Of a DNA stretch of 20,000 bases, positions 1 through 10,074 are shown in pieces; the first letter of the stretch is position 1; each line of letters begins with the position of its first letter. The notes under the pieces are model-generated. The model made no database searches. It saw nothing but the letters and a program-made list of their open reading frames with translations, and was not told the origin of the DNA. Origin of the DNA: Trypethelium eluteriae (lineage: Eukaryota); assembly GCA_051942245.1 (NCBI GenBank), contig JAVECL010000054.1, positions 49,654 to 69,653 on the forward strand, given 5' to 3'. Both the position numbers and the translations under genes were made by a program.

Positions 1-270
1 GGTGACCTCCTCGGCAGGATAGTCGTGCTGGCCGACGTCGATGACGTTATCTGGCGTTTCATTCAGCAGAGCCTCAGCACCACCACCTACACAGCAGTGA
101 CGTGTCGGATGAGTAGGGTGTATAGCGTGAACACGGTTGTGGATTTGAGGGCTTGTGGCATAGGAATTGAAGGGTAGCGGGTCATGAATCAAAGCATCAT
201 GGCGCTTCTGCCACCGTGGCATTGGATGGCGACGATGTATGCGCTGGTAGAAAAAAAGTGCGGGCGACAT
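1..270 (-). CDS. Possible 5' part of a hypothetical protein running off the left edge
   Basis: ATG at 270 opens 90 stop-free codons to the window edge (MSPALFFYQRIHRRHPMPRW...NETPDNVIDVGQHDYPAEEVT), with pyrimidine-rich sequence just upstream on the minus strand. No motif recognised, and part of it could be intron or UTR. Confidence 0.3.
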   Translation of the reverse strand, partial: MSPALFFYQRIHRRHPMPRWQKRHDALIHDPLPFNSYATSPQIHNRVHAIHPTHPTRHCCVGGGAEALLNETPDNVIDVGQHDYPAEEVT

Positions 271-889
271 TCTGAAGAGCGGGGATGGTGCGGAGGTGAG
301 GATACCTAGGCGAGGGTAGAGTAATTCGCTGTGGCTAGATATTGGAGGAAGATGTTCTTTTCGCATGAATGCTTTCTTATGAATGTTAGAATACCAATCA
401 TTTGTTTAGTTTCGCCAGAGGTTGGAAAGATAACTGCGTATAGAGCAGACTATCAGATACGGACCTCTGGGTTGGCCCTTCTCTCTGTAGAATATCTAGC
501 CTGCAGCTCGTAAACTACATAGATTATATTATATTAGCGAGAAACGAAGTATCAAAGGTTTTTGCAAAGCTCAGTAGCCAGTAGTCAACTGATAGACGAA
601 GCTTTAGTAATTCTTTTCTTGAGTTAAGGAATAATCGAAGAAAGACAATTTGAAGGAACTATTCTAAATATGCATGCCAAAAAAGAAAGAAAAGAGACTG
701 ACGAGAAAAGAGGGAAAGTCGTAATTGAAGATCCCAGTGTTGACCTCCAATCTCCAACCTATGAGCCTTGATCTTTTCATCTTATCCTTCTATTCTATAT
801 CGTCTATAAACTCCTAGTACAGATTGTGATAGTGGCCGCTGAGTTCTGACCACCTCCTGTCAGGCCATGCAGTCACATTGCCCTACATA

Positions 890-2212
890 TCACTGATCCA
901 CATGCATGCTCACCCTGGCTGACCGCATTTCCAGAGCCACCTTCATGATTCCGTTGACGCCCTCCGAATCCACGCCTTCGAGCGTCAGTGTAAGGGACTT
1001 CACTCTGCTGTCATTTTCCTTACTCGCGCACATGGCACCCTGACTGAACTCACCGTTTTGTGGTAGAGTATTTGGAGGGGCGCCGAAAAACTCCCCGCGG
1101 GTCCCATCTGGCGCGCCCTGGATGTCTGATGTGGCGAAGGGTCCGGTGTCTAATTGGTTGTTTTGCACTGAAAATGGGGTTCCCATGGAGCTGAATGCGG
1201 CAACGTCCGAGTCGGCACTTGTACTGTTCACTCCAGTCGTCACCTGGGACGGCGATGTATCGAAGTACAGCTCATTGGAAGGGAAGACGTTTTGTATAGG
1301 CATCGTTGTGCCCAAGAATGATCCGTCGGACGTCAGTGCGAGAGGAGATGAGAAATCCAATGTGTCGAAGTTTGCATCACAGTCCATGAATGTAGCATGA
1401 CCGCCGATGGGAGCGTTCGCGCCTTCGCTCAAGGATCCCTCATCGGCCTCTGAGTCCAATTCCAGCTCGTTCTCAGAGCCAAGCTCGTATACGGGATGGG
1501 CTTGCGCTGTCTTTTTCTGGCTAAGTCGCCGTTTTATTATTGCATAACTGTACGAATGACCAATTAGCACTCAGAAGCCCTAGCCGGTGCTTGAGGTAAA
1601 CGTACCGGTTCTTGATATCTGTTGTGGACCGTCGCTGAAATCTCGTCTCGGCGATGGTGGTCCAGCTGCGGCCGCACTCGGCGACGGCGTCCAGAAGGCG
1701 CTTGTCCTCATCCGGCTTCCACGAGCTGCGGTCGACATTGGGGTCAAGGCTGTGTGACCAGCGCTTCACGCATTCTAAGAGCAGTGAGAGACTCGTCAAT
1801 AATTGCTCCCTACTTGTCCATTGTTGGTAGCGGAGGAAAGGAGAGCTCACGGTCTGCGTTCCTCGTCCTAACCTGCTCCGAGACCTGACTCCATCGGAAC
1901 CCATGCACGGCCACGGCTTGCTGTAGACGCTCGTCTTCGCCTACTTCCCATGGCCCTTTGACGATGCTGTTGCCAATTTTAGACCACCGCTTCCGACAGT
2001 CTTTGTTTGAGCGGCCCGAGATCTTAGAGGCGATGGTCTTCCAGTCACTTATCGAACCGCGCTTTACTGTGGGATGACGACGTCAGTGACAGAGCCACCA
2101 AGAGTGACAATGGTAATGGAGACCTACATTGTATCTCGGCCTCATGTTGCAGTGTTTGATCTTCGGCTTCTGTCCATTTCCTTGGTGGTACTGCAGACTT
2201 TAGGCTCGCCAT
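890..2212 (-). CDS. Three-repeat (R1R2R3) Myb/SANT DNA-binding transcription factor, about 375 aa, 4 exons
   Basis: Exons 2212-2128, 2066-1851, 1774-1606 and 1547-890; introns 2067-2127 (GTAGGT..CAG), 1775-1850 (GTGAGC..TAG) and 1548-1605 (GTACGT..CAG) join in frame. Three Trp-spaced Myb repeats: RKWTEAEDQTL..DWKTIASKISGRSNKDCRKRW; KGPWEVGEDERL..RWSQVSEQVRTRNADQCVKRW; SSWKPDEDKRL..SWTTIAETRFQRRSTTDIKNRY. These are followed by an acidic, Ser/Thr-rich low-complexity region. Confidence 0.9.
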
Positions 2213-2758
2213 AGCGTAGACAGAACGCAGTGGTGGGAAGGCTATACACTTCCGATTATCTCATTCAGGAGTGGGCCCGATAGGTCGATCGTCGGCTGCT
2301 GACGTTGTGTATCTCGGGTATGACGGTCATTCGTACCTGTGTCACGACTCAGAACTGTAATTTGACCGGATCGACTATTATAAGGCACAAGAAAGTCTCA
2401 GGAGCAGATGGCCGGCTATACGTTAATCTGGCGGGCTATGAGGCTAGCTGTAGAACCGGCATGATAGCAATCTTGCGTATCTGATCATCGCTGCAGGGCG
2501 ATCTAGGATGGCACGAATCAAGCTTTTGCCTTAGAAAGAACGTTGGCTAGGTGATGTTTTGGTTGATGAACAAACCCTTCGGAGACCTTTTCTGGAGAAA
2601 TTCTGATGCTGTATGCCGTCGGTGGCGGTCGCGGCGCAATGAATGGGCCATTAATGCAAGTAACGTGGATGATAGGCAGGAACTTAATGCGAGACAAGGA
2701 AGGAACTTCTGCTGTGTAGCCAGACCCTACTGTACACTCCAAGTCTTGCCCCAGCGCC

Positions 2759-2781
2759 TTTTCCGTTCGGCTGCCGGAAAA
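2759..2781. promoter_or_regulatory. Inverted repeat TTTTCCG-N9-CGGAAAA upstream of the Myb gene; candidate dimeric TF (Zn2Cys6-type) site
   Basis: Perfect 7-bp arms at 2759-2765 and 2775-2781 containing CCG/CGG triplets, about 550 bp upstream of the Myb ATG. Function is inferred only. Confidence 0.25.
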
Positions 2782-4131
2782 CGGCTAACATTAGTCGGGA
2801 ATAAGTTAACGTCCGCCGGGTATATCGTAGTTGACGTGCCGGGCCGTATGCAGCTCTGCATCATCTCGATGCACATTAGCCGACTCTAAAAAAAACAAGA
2901 AAGGTCAATCGCTTTTCGACGAGGAATGACCTGGGCCTTACGGGCTAGCTTCGGTTGTGAGGTTATCTACCACGTGTCTCAGCGTCCTACCTGGACGCCT
3001 AAAGATAGGAAGCGGGAGGCATCGGGTGCAGGAGGATGTTGTGCTACAATACAGGGGACGGTTGATCGCTAGGCTCTGGAGAATAGTTGATCTAGATGAG
3101 TCTACCTGACTGACCAGACTCCTACTCTATACTCTCAGCCGCCATGTGGAGGGGTTGAAAACACCATGACCGAATTACCTTCTTAGGTATCCCGTAACGC
3201 CTTCGGGGGACCTCTACTCTATCCTTGTTGCATCAGGGTCGGAATTCCCGTCCAACAGGAAGTCAAGCTACACATGGCCAAAGTACCTCATCTTCCTACG
3301 TTAAATAATAACCACTACATAAGGAAGAATTTGGAAGATTGTAGAGCTATTCCTTTAGTCGTAATCTACCGAGATACTTATAAAATTCTCCTGAATAACT
3401 TCAAAAGTCTCTATCACAGCATGTCGCAGACATTGAAGGCAGCAAGGTACGTTATAGAAGATTCGAAGTACTTAAGGCCGAGACACCGAGATCGCGCGGC
3501 TCAAGTGGGTCTGAAGGAGAAATCCCTTTATGAACTTCGCAGCTTCGGGTGTTCGCGTCTCGCAGACGGGAGGAAATCAATGCCGAGGGTGGCGTAGGTG
3601 GGTCCAACCTCCTGTCATTTTAAACATGCGTATCTGCATTTGCCATCCTCCTTCCTCTTTCCCATTGTAATCGATCGATACCTACGTAATTCTTCGCATT
3701 TGTGTGCTTAGCGCTTAGCGATGACGTATACCTACAAACATTAGACGATTGATGCCGAATTCAGTACGTTATCTCAGGCATAGGACGTCTCTCGAAGAGC
3801 CCCTTTTCTTGGCTTGACATTGCGTCGAGAGGCTGTCTATCCGGGTCCAGAAGAATCCTCCTGATAACTTGTTGACCCTCCTTTCTTTCAGATGCGTAGA
3901 TTCCATAGACTTTGTAAGCGGAGCATCCAAGCAGTTGCCGCAGAGAATGACAACGTTAAGCATAGTCTTTTGGATGAAGACCGCATAAAATATATCACGC
4001 ACCGAAAAGAATAGCTTCAGAAGGGCGCTTAAGCTTCGTAGGCGAGCTTTACCTGAGGGTAGATAGTCCTTCTTTTCTTTGTATCGTCCTCAGTTGTTCA
4101 ATACTCCCCCCTCCGAAATATTCCTGGCCAC

Positions 4132-4772
4132 ATGAGTAACCTTGTCTTGTTGTGGCAAGCTGCAAGACTGTCGGGCCAAGTTTTACATCATACCTCTAGT
4201 GACTCAGTTAGATGTGACAACGCCTGGCTACAGTTGGATCGAACCATTCAGTCCATGGTCGCAACTGCACTACATGTGGATCTATCAGACTCTGGCCAGA
4301 TCAGTTTTATCTACAGATATGTGCTTTTACCTATTCTCGGACCATTCTGAACCGCCAATTTTAGCGCCCTCGTCGCCCTGTATACGCCTTGCCTTTCTTT
4401 CAATGCTGTCAACTGTGTTGATACAGACCGTTCTCGGCGTGCAAGAGTTATCATTGAACAAATTGCTGAGCGGATAAGTGTGAGTCTAATTGAACAACAA
4501 TGCTTCCTAGGTCGTGATCCTGAGGACATGGCACTATGGAGTCTCTTTCTCGCATACCATATTTGTGGAGCTCACATGCGTTCCACTTCAAAGACCTCAG
4601 AGTTATCCAAGGTTCTGAAAAGCTTGAAAGAAACATTTCGTACGATAGATATTAGATGGAATGCTGCAGGTAATTTTCATCCATCGCTTCCCAATCTCCC
4701 TGATATCTAATCATCAGTGTAGATGTCTACCTCCAGCTACTCGAGGCGCAAGAAGTCATGAATAATTTCTGA
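4132..4772 (+). pseudogene. C-terminal remnant of a fungal-specific (Zn2Cys6-family) transcription factor
   Basis: Joining 4132-4316, 4365-4669 and 4723-4772 reads MSNLVLLWQAARLSGQVLHH...LQLDRTIQSM...SFIYS/ALVALYTP...WSLFLAYHIC...SLKETFRTIDIRWNAA/DVYLQLLEAQEVMNNF*, which resembles the C-terminus of fungal-specific TFs. Intron 4670-4722 is canonical (GTAATT..CTAAT..TAG). Intron 4317-4364 begins ATATGT instead of GTATGT and contains an in-frame TGA. No Zn-cluster exon is seen upstream. Confidence 0.68.
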
Positions 4773-5534
4773 CGGAAAGTTGAAGTGGGGATGGTTTTTG
4801 CAGCATTCGAAACATACACTGTCAAGCCCAAGCTTTGTCTTTGTTGGACTTAGCAAAAAATGTCAAACAACTTTTTCTAATTTTTGAGCAGCATCGAGTA
4901 TGCTTTGAGGCAAAGGAAATCTACTTTTCGCCGGCACCAGCCACCTGAACTTTTTAATTGATAGAGGGGCCTCTCTAAGACCGAATTAGTGGTCCTTTTG
5001 ATCTCCTTCTCCTATTCTCCCCTTCGGAATGATGTATGCTCGGTGAGATTAAGCTTCCCGGAGAACATCAGCAAAGACTTGGATTGGTCCTCAACTCGCT
5101 GCAACATCAGGAACCACTACCACCTGTAGATAAGGCTTGTAGTCCTTTTAGATCCTGTCTAGATGTTGCTCTCGTCTGTCCAAAGAACGTACAGTACTCC
5201 GGACAGAACGCCGTCTCCGAAGGAGCGGCAGGCAGATGTGTGAGCTGATATGCGAGCGAGAATTGATTTAGTCTATTAAATACTTCGGAGGATGCTTCGC
5301 TGCCAACAGAGCCTGCCCGATGCCTTCTTAGTTGATCTACTGTTCAGAGAAACAATGCAGTCGCATTCGAAAGATTCCATGCGGCGGAGGCATGGTTTTT
5401 TAAATTCCACAAACTAAACTAATCATCAAGTTCGATCCCCGAAAAATGAGGTAGATTAGAGCTCTTAAAAAGGTCCATACTGAGCGAAAGACGGTCTTCA
5501 AAATCTAGTAGAACAGAGTTAGATAAGTCCGAAA

Positions 5535-7657
5535 TTATTTCGATAGTGGTGTGGATAATGATAAACAGAATATATGGTATAGTGGTAATACTGTAGGAGC
5601 TGATCTGAATAGTGACTGACCTAAATTAATATCATCAGATACGTTATCCAACATTCCGGCTGGTGAAACCCTGTAATCCTTGCGAATCATTACCTCTTCA
5701 CCCCTAGCAGTGGTACCAAAACCAACACCATCGGCCATTGAGCGCCAAAGAACTTGAGCGTATCGCTTTATATCTACCCAATGTTGTTCAAGTATCACGC
5801 TCGGGTTCTTCCTTCCATGATAATCGACGAAAACAAAATCCGTGTCCTGAGCGGGGAGGGACAGCTCGACGTATCTGAAAGGTCGTCGATAGGGAGTTCG
5901 AGATAGCGGCTTGCGCGTTGCAATTTTACATATGCTGATAGGATGGTGTAGGGGCAGCTCATCAGGAGGAAGGTCAGTGCTAGTGATTATGACTTTAGTG
6001 CTCTTCCCATACTTTCGGATGAGTCGAACCAAGAACCCGAGAATGTCTGCCTTAGGATCACTCGATTCCCACTGGCAGCGGTCTATGCGATCGATGAGGA
6101 TGGCTATACGATCGAGTTTGGCAATTACGTGCTCCAGCAGCCCGCAGGCCGAGGTGAACTCGGTCGCCCTTTGGAAAACTCGACAACTGAAAAGTTCGGG
6201 CTTCTCTAAAACGAGGCCCGGTTTCTGCTCTAGGATCTGGGAAATTATGGTCTTGATCAGTATCACAGGAGTCAGGTGCTCGTTGTTCGGCCTATCGCAC
6301 ATGACGAATGCGATGAGCTCACTCTGGACTTGGAAAGCCTTTATAGTATCCAACGTAAACTCAGTTACCCAGGAATCGCGCTCACTGGTTGGACCAAAAA
6401 CCGCCAGGATGGAGGCCTGCATCAAGGAATTCCATTCTTTGAGACAATCCAGGACTCCGTTGACTTCCCAGTGGTCCTTCGGAGAGAGACGAAACTCACG
6501 GCCCTCCCAAGCTTGCAGCTCCTCTGTCATCGTACGATTCGATGGTAGCAGAGCGTTAATGAGCAAATCGCTTCGGTTTCGGACTTCCAGGCTTTGCATT
6601 CCTAAGGTGAAATGTAAGCGTAATTGGAACTTATCCATTTAATGCCTTACTTGTTTGAGCGAATAGTAGCGTATCATAGGACGACCTTAGTCTTATAATC
6701 TCGGACACCATATATTGGGATTGATCGGCAAGTGAGTCGACCTTAGCAGCCTGATTTTGAAGTAGCTCATGTATGTCCATTTGCATTGCGCTAGTGGCTA
6801 TTTGAATGAGAATCCTTAAGGTTTTCCAGGAAGATTCCACCTTCTGGAGCCCTGTATCGAAATTGTATTTTTCGCTGGCTGTCAAAGCATCCACAATTTT
6901 GGCTTCGGATATATGAGAAGGACTGACGCTGTGGATTGGGGAGTGACTCACATATTCTACCAATGGCACAGTACTCTGTTGCTCGAACCAATAAGTCTAA
7001 GATATCCATATAGGTCTGGGCGAGCTGTTCCCGCATCCTGTTTGTCGGATACAGAACATTGCATGTCTCCAGAAGGCCCGTAATTCTGACAAGTCGTTCA
7101 AAAATCTCAACGACCTTTTCCTGTTTTTGCTGTTTGATGATCACCCACTGACAGAGGTTAGCATTCCTCGTGAGCTGGATAGTGGAAATAACCTTAAAGA
7201 TGACCATCACGCATCCAAACGCAATAGCGCAATGAGGGTTTTGGGACACCAGTGGCGTGATTATATCCTGAATGTTGAGAGTAAAGCGGGCAACGTTATT
7301 CACAAAGCTAGAGAGCCAATTAATCTTGGATCCATCGATCTTGCCTTTGGCATGATTTGCCTTGTCTTCAATAAAAGACTTCACGGCCGGAGCATTAACA
7401 ACGGTGAGACCAGGAGATTTCGAAGTTCCCAACAACAACAGAACGTCATCTTGAGGTAGTATTTTAGCTAGACTTGCGTTAGAATCCCGACATTTGCGAA
7501 GAGCCCTCTCATAAATGCTGCGCAAATTAGGGGTTTGCATTTCTTCATGGATGAAGACAGATGATTACGCTTACGCGTTATCTATCCCAGGCCGATACCA
7601 TTCACCGAGGGGGGCCCGAAGATGCTCTCTTGATCTAGGCACGAGTTCGGTGGCCAT
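5535..7657 (-). CDS. NLR-like protein: N-terminal helical domain (Goodbye/SesA/DUF7708-like) plus degenerate NACHT/STAND (NPHP3_N-like) domain, about 640 aa, 5 exons
   Basis: Exons 7657-7575, 7517-7193, 7147-6952, 6902-6651 and 6601-5535; introns 7518-7574 (GTAAGC..CTAAT..CAG), 7148-7192, 6903-6951 and 6602-6650 give one frame of 641 codons. The N-terminal region has signatures typical of fungal NLR N-termini (PLVSQNPHCAIAFGCVMVIFK; LYPTNRMREQLAQTYMDILDLLVRATEYC). NACHT-like order: LKEWNSLMQASILAVFG (pre-P-loop), IAFVMCD, LIKTIISQIL, IAILIDRIDRC (Walker B-like), KVIITS (sensor-1-like). Confidence 0.8.
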
Positions 7658-7883
7658 CTTGTAACTGATGAAGCTTGTGGGGTGTGCTTTCAGCTGCCTG
7701 ATTTTGAGCAGGTTCACCCTCGCAGGTATTACTGCACATCGACGTCAGAGCGAGGCTGATGCGTAGCGATAAGTCTACTTCAGTACTCACTGACACACTA
7801 ACTGTGGCAATTCTTTACACATATATGGTTCTTTCCAGGCCAGCCACCAAATCTGGACTCCTGACCAAAACAGTTATTGCACA
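7658..7883. promoter_or_regulatory. Short bidirectional promoter region between the NACHT-like and AAA+ genes
   Basis: Only 226 bp separate the divergent ATGs at 7657 (-) and 7884 (+). It contains a TATATA-like tract near 7820 and a CRE-like GACGTCA at 7741-7747. Confidence 0.55.
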
Positions 7884-10074
7884 ATGACGAACTCGTCGAG
7901 CGAGAGCCACTCGTTGCAGGACGAGCGGGGCAGTGACTCGGTTTCCGAACGCCTAAATGCCGTGGACTTAGGAAATCACGGCCAGGCTGTACAAAGGCCT
8001 TATCAGGGATCTTGTTTTCAAGAGGAAAGTTTGAACGAAGTACACAAGGCGCGCATTGGTAGACGGAAAGAAGTTGAAGGAAAGGTCAAATGGATCAGCC
8101 AGAGCAGGTGGGAGGATGAACAACGCAGCCTCAAGGAGCAGGAGGGTCGCGGTACATTCGCCTTTCTGCTGGACGATTCTCAGAGGAGCAGTAAAATTAT
8201 CATCTCTTCTCCAGCTCTTATTGCTGTGGCACAGCGCATGATTCCTCCGGCTCAGCTTGAGAGCTGTTCCGATGGCGTCGCGATAGAGGAACCATTTTCA
8301 CAGCTGCTCCACTCCATTAACGACATGCGCTCGGACATGATCAGCTGTCACGCGGACGTCAAAGACCTGGAAGACTTTACTGCTCTAGAGCTTTTCTTGT
8401 ACGAGCGTCAGCCGCAATACAAAAGCGCTAGGAACGCCTTAAATACCAGACTAGGTGCAATGGTCAGCTTTGAAATGCTCTGGGTGCTTTTTAAGGCTGA
8501 CGACTTGATTGTCGTCACAGACAAGTTTGAAGAAAAGCGAGCGTTCAAGTTCACCCATCTGGAAGAGAAGCTTGGTCGGTTTAGTGGACAAAGGGATCTC
8601 TGCGCCAAGCTGTCGGTGTGCGGATGGTGTATAGGTTGGGATCAAGAGCAGGAATGCTTCACCCAGAACAGCTTTGCTCTGAATATTGAACGTTTCTCGG
8701 GTCACCGTAGTGTGAGATCATTGCCAGTATACCCTCTCCGTTGCGAAGAGGGGGAAACTCGAACAGCACTGATTGCAGATTTGGAGAAGCGTGGCCGGCA
8801 TTGGGCAGAGCTGGCCTCAAACGTGCCCCGTTGCCTCGAATACGACGGACGGGCCTTCCGAATAGGATACGCTCGAGTAGCTTCAGACAGAGATATCCAG
8901 GTGCGTTGATCGGTAGCTGAGAAGTAATCGCGACTGATTTAGATCTAGCTCGAGGGGCGGGTTATTCTTGATCATACCGAAGGCTCCTCAATACGCGATA
9001 AGTTCGAGACAGAAATTGAATACCTTAGAACGGGACTTATTGAAGAAAAGCTCCAAGACACAAGAAAAGGTGCTGTAAAGGCATTATTCAAAGCAGAACA
9101 CTTTCGGCTATGTCCCCCAAGCCTAGGATGCTTTCACATCAGCAGTGGGCAACGATATGACATCAATATAATGAAGCTGAAGAACCCTGAATGGAAGGAA
9201 GATGCAATGGACCGTTTGGTCATTGACGAAGGTAAAAAGGAGAGGCTCAAATCCTTGATCAGGAGCTACACTGATGGCCGGATTAAAGGGGGCGACATTA
9301 TCAGGAACAAAGGGCGTGGGCTAACCATCGTGCTGTATGGCCCTTCAGGGCTTGGAAAGACACTGACCGCGGAATGTCTCGCAGAGCATGCAAAGACGCC
9401 ATTGATCCCGTTGAGCGTTGGCAGTTTGGTGTCGGATGAGGACGTTATCGAAGACCGGCTAAATGAAGCATTCAGGAATGCAAGTCGCATGAAGTCCATC
9501 CTTCTATTGGATGAAGCCGATGTAGTATTGGAAGCACGGTCATTTGAAGATGTCCGAAGGAATGGGATAGTATCCAGTAAGCGCGCCTGTATCATTTGAA
9601 TGCCCAGTTAATATTGCAATAGTTTTTCTGCGACAGCTCGAGTACTACGATGGTGTTTTGTTCCTGACGACAAACAGGATCACATCCATAGATCCTGCGT
9701 TTCAGTCTCGAATTCAAATGGCAATTGGTTACAAGGATTTTACGCCAAAGGAACGGGAGCGGATCTGGAAGAGCCTATTAAAACCTGTCCTTGAAGATGC
9801 ATCTGATGAGGACAAGGCCATCCTTGAGGAGGCGCTTTCGAAGCTGTCTGAGTACACACTCAACGGGCGAGAGATACGCAACGCCATCAGATTGGCAATG
9901 TTTCTCGCTCTGGATGATCTCAGCACTGACGGCAAAGTCCAATTAAAGCATATAAAGCAGGCGATGGGTGAGGTGAAAGAGTTTCGGCAGTTCTTCGAAG
10001 ATGCGAAGAAGAACCACACGAACAAGAATCGAGTGTGGGTGCCATTTGCATCTTCACAGGATGAGTTCTCCTAG
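7884..10074 (+). CDS. Fungal-type AAA+ ATPase with DUF7025-like N-terminal region, about 698 aa, 3 exons
   Basis: Exons 7884-8900, 8949-9576 and 9623-10074; introns 8901-8948 (GTGCGT..CTGAT..TAG) and 9577-9622 (GTAAGC..TAG). Family motifs: IEEPFSQLLH, VSFEMLWVLFKADDLIV, FSGHRSVRSLPVYPL, GRVILD, LCPP, DIIRNKGRGL. Catalytic motifs: Walker A GPSGLGKT (9339-9362), Walker B ILLLDEAD, FLRQLEYYDGVLFLTTNR (sensor 1), DPAFQSRI (Arg finger), LNGREIRN (lid). Confidence 0.92.

Noticed and set aside
4980..5380. Short ORFs between the TF relic and the NLR-like gene
   Set aside because: All frames are interrupted and no motif is recognisable; it may be decayed sequence but cannot be assigned.
5377..5401. 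Hairpin CCATGC-N7-GCATGG followed by a T run, resembling a bacterial intrinsic terminator
   Set aside because: The context is eukaryotic, the stem is only 6 bp, and no bacterial-like gene lies upstream; likely chance.
5380..5450. GTTCGATCCC T-loop/B-box-like motif suggesting a tRNA
   Set aside because: The flanks cannot form a T-stem, acceptor stem or anticodon arm.
5911..6642. 243-aa plus-strand ORF (also 7127-7459, 9266-9595 and 9729-10025)
   Set aside because: These are antisense shadows of the NACHT-like and AAA+ genes, with no motifs of their own.
7518..7540. ATG at 7540 as the start of the NACHT-like gene
   Set aside because: It lies inside a well-formed intron (7518-7574, GTAAGC..CTAAT..CAG); the upstream ATG at 7657 splices in frame.
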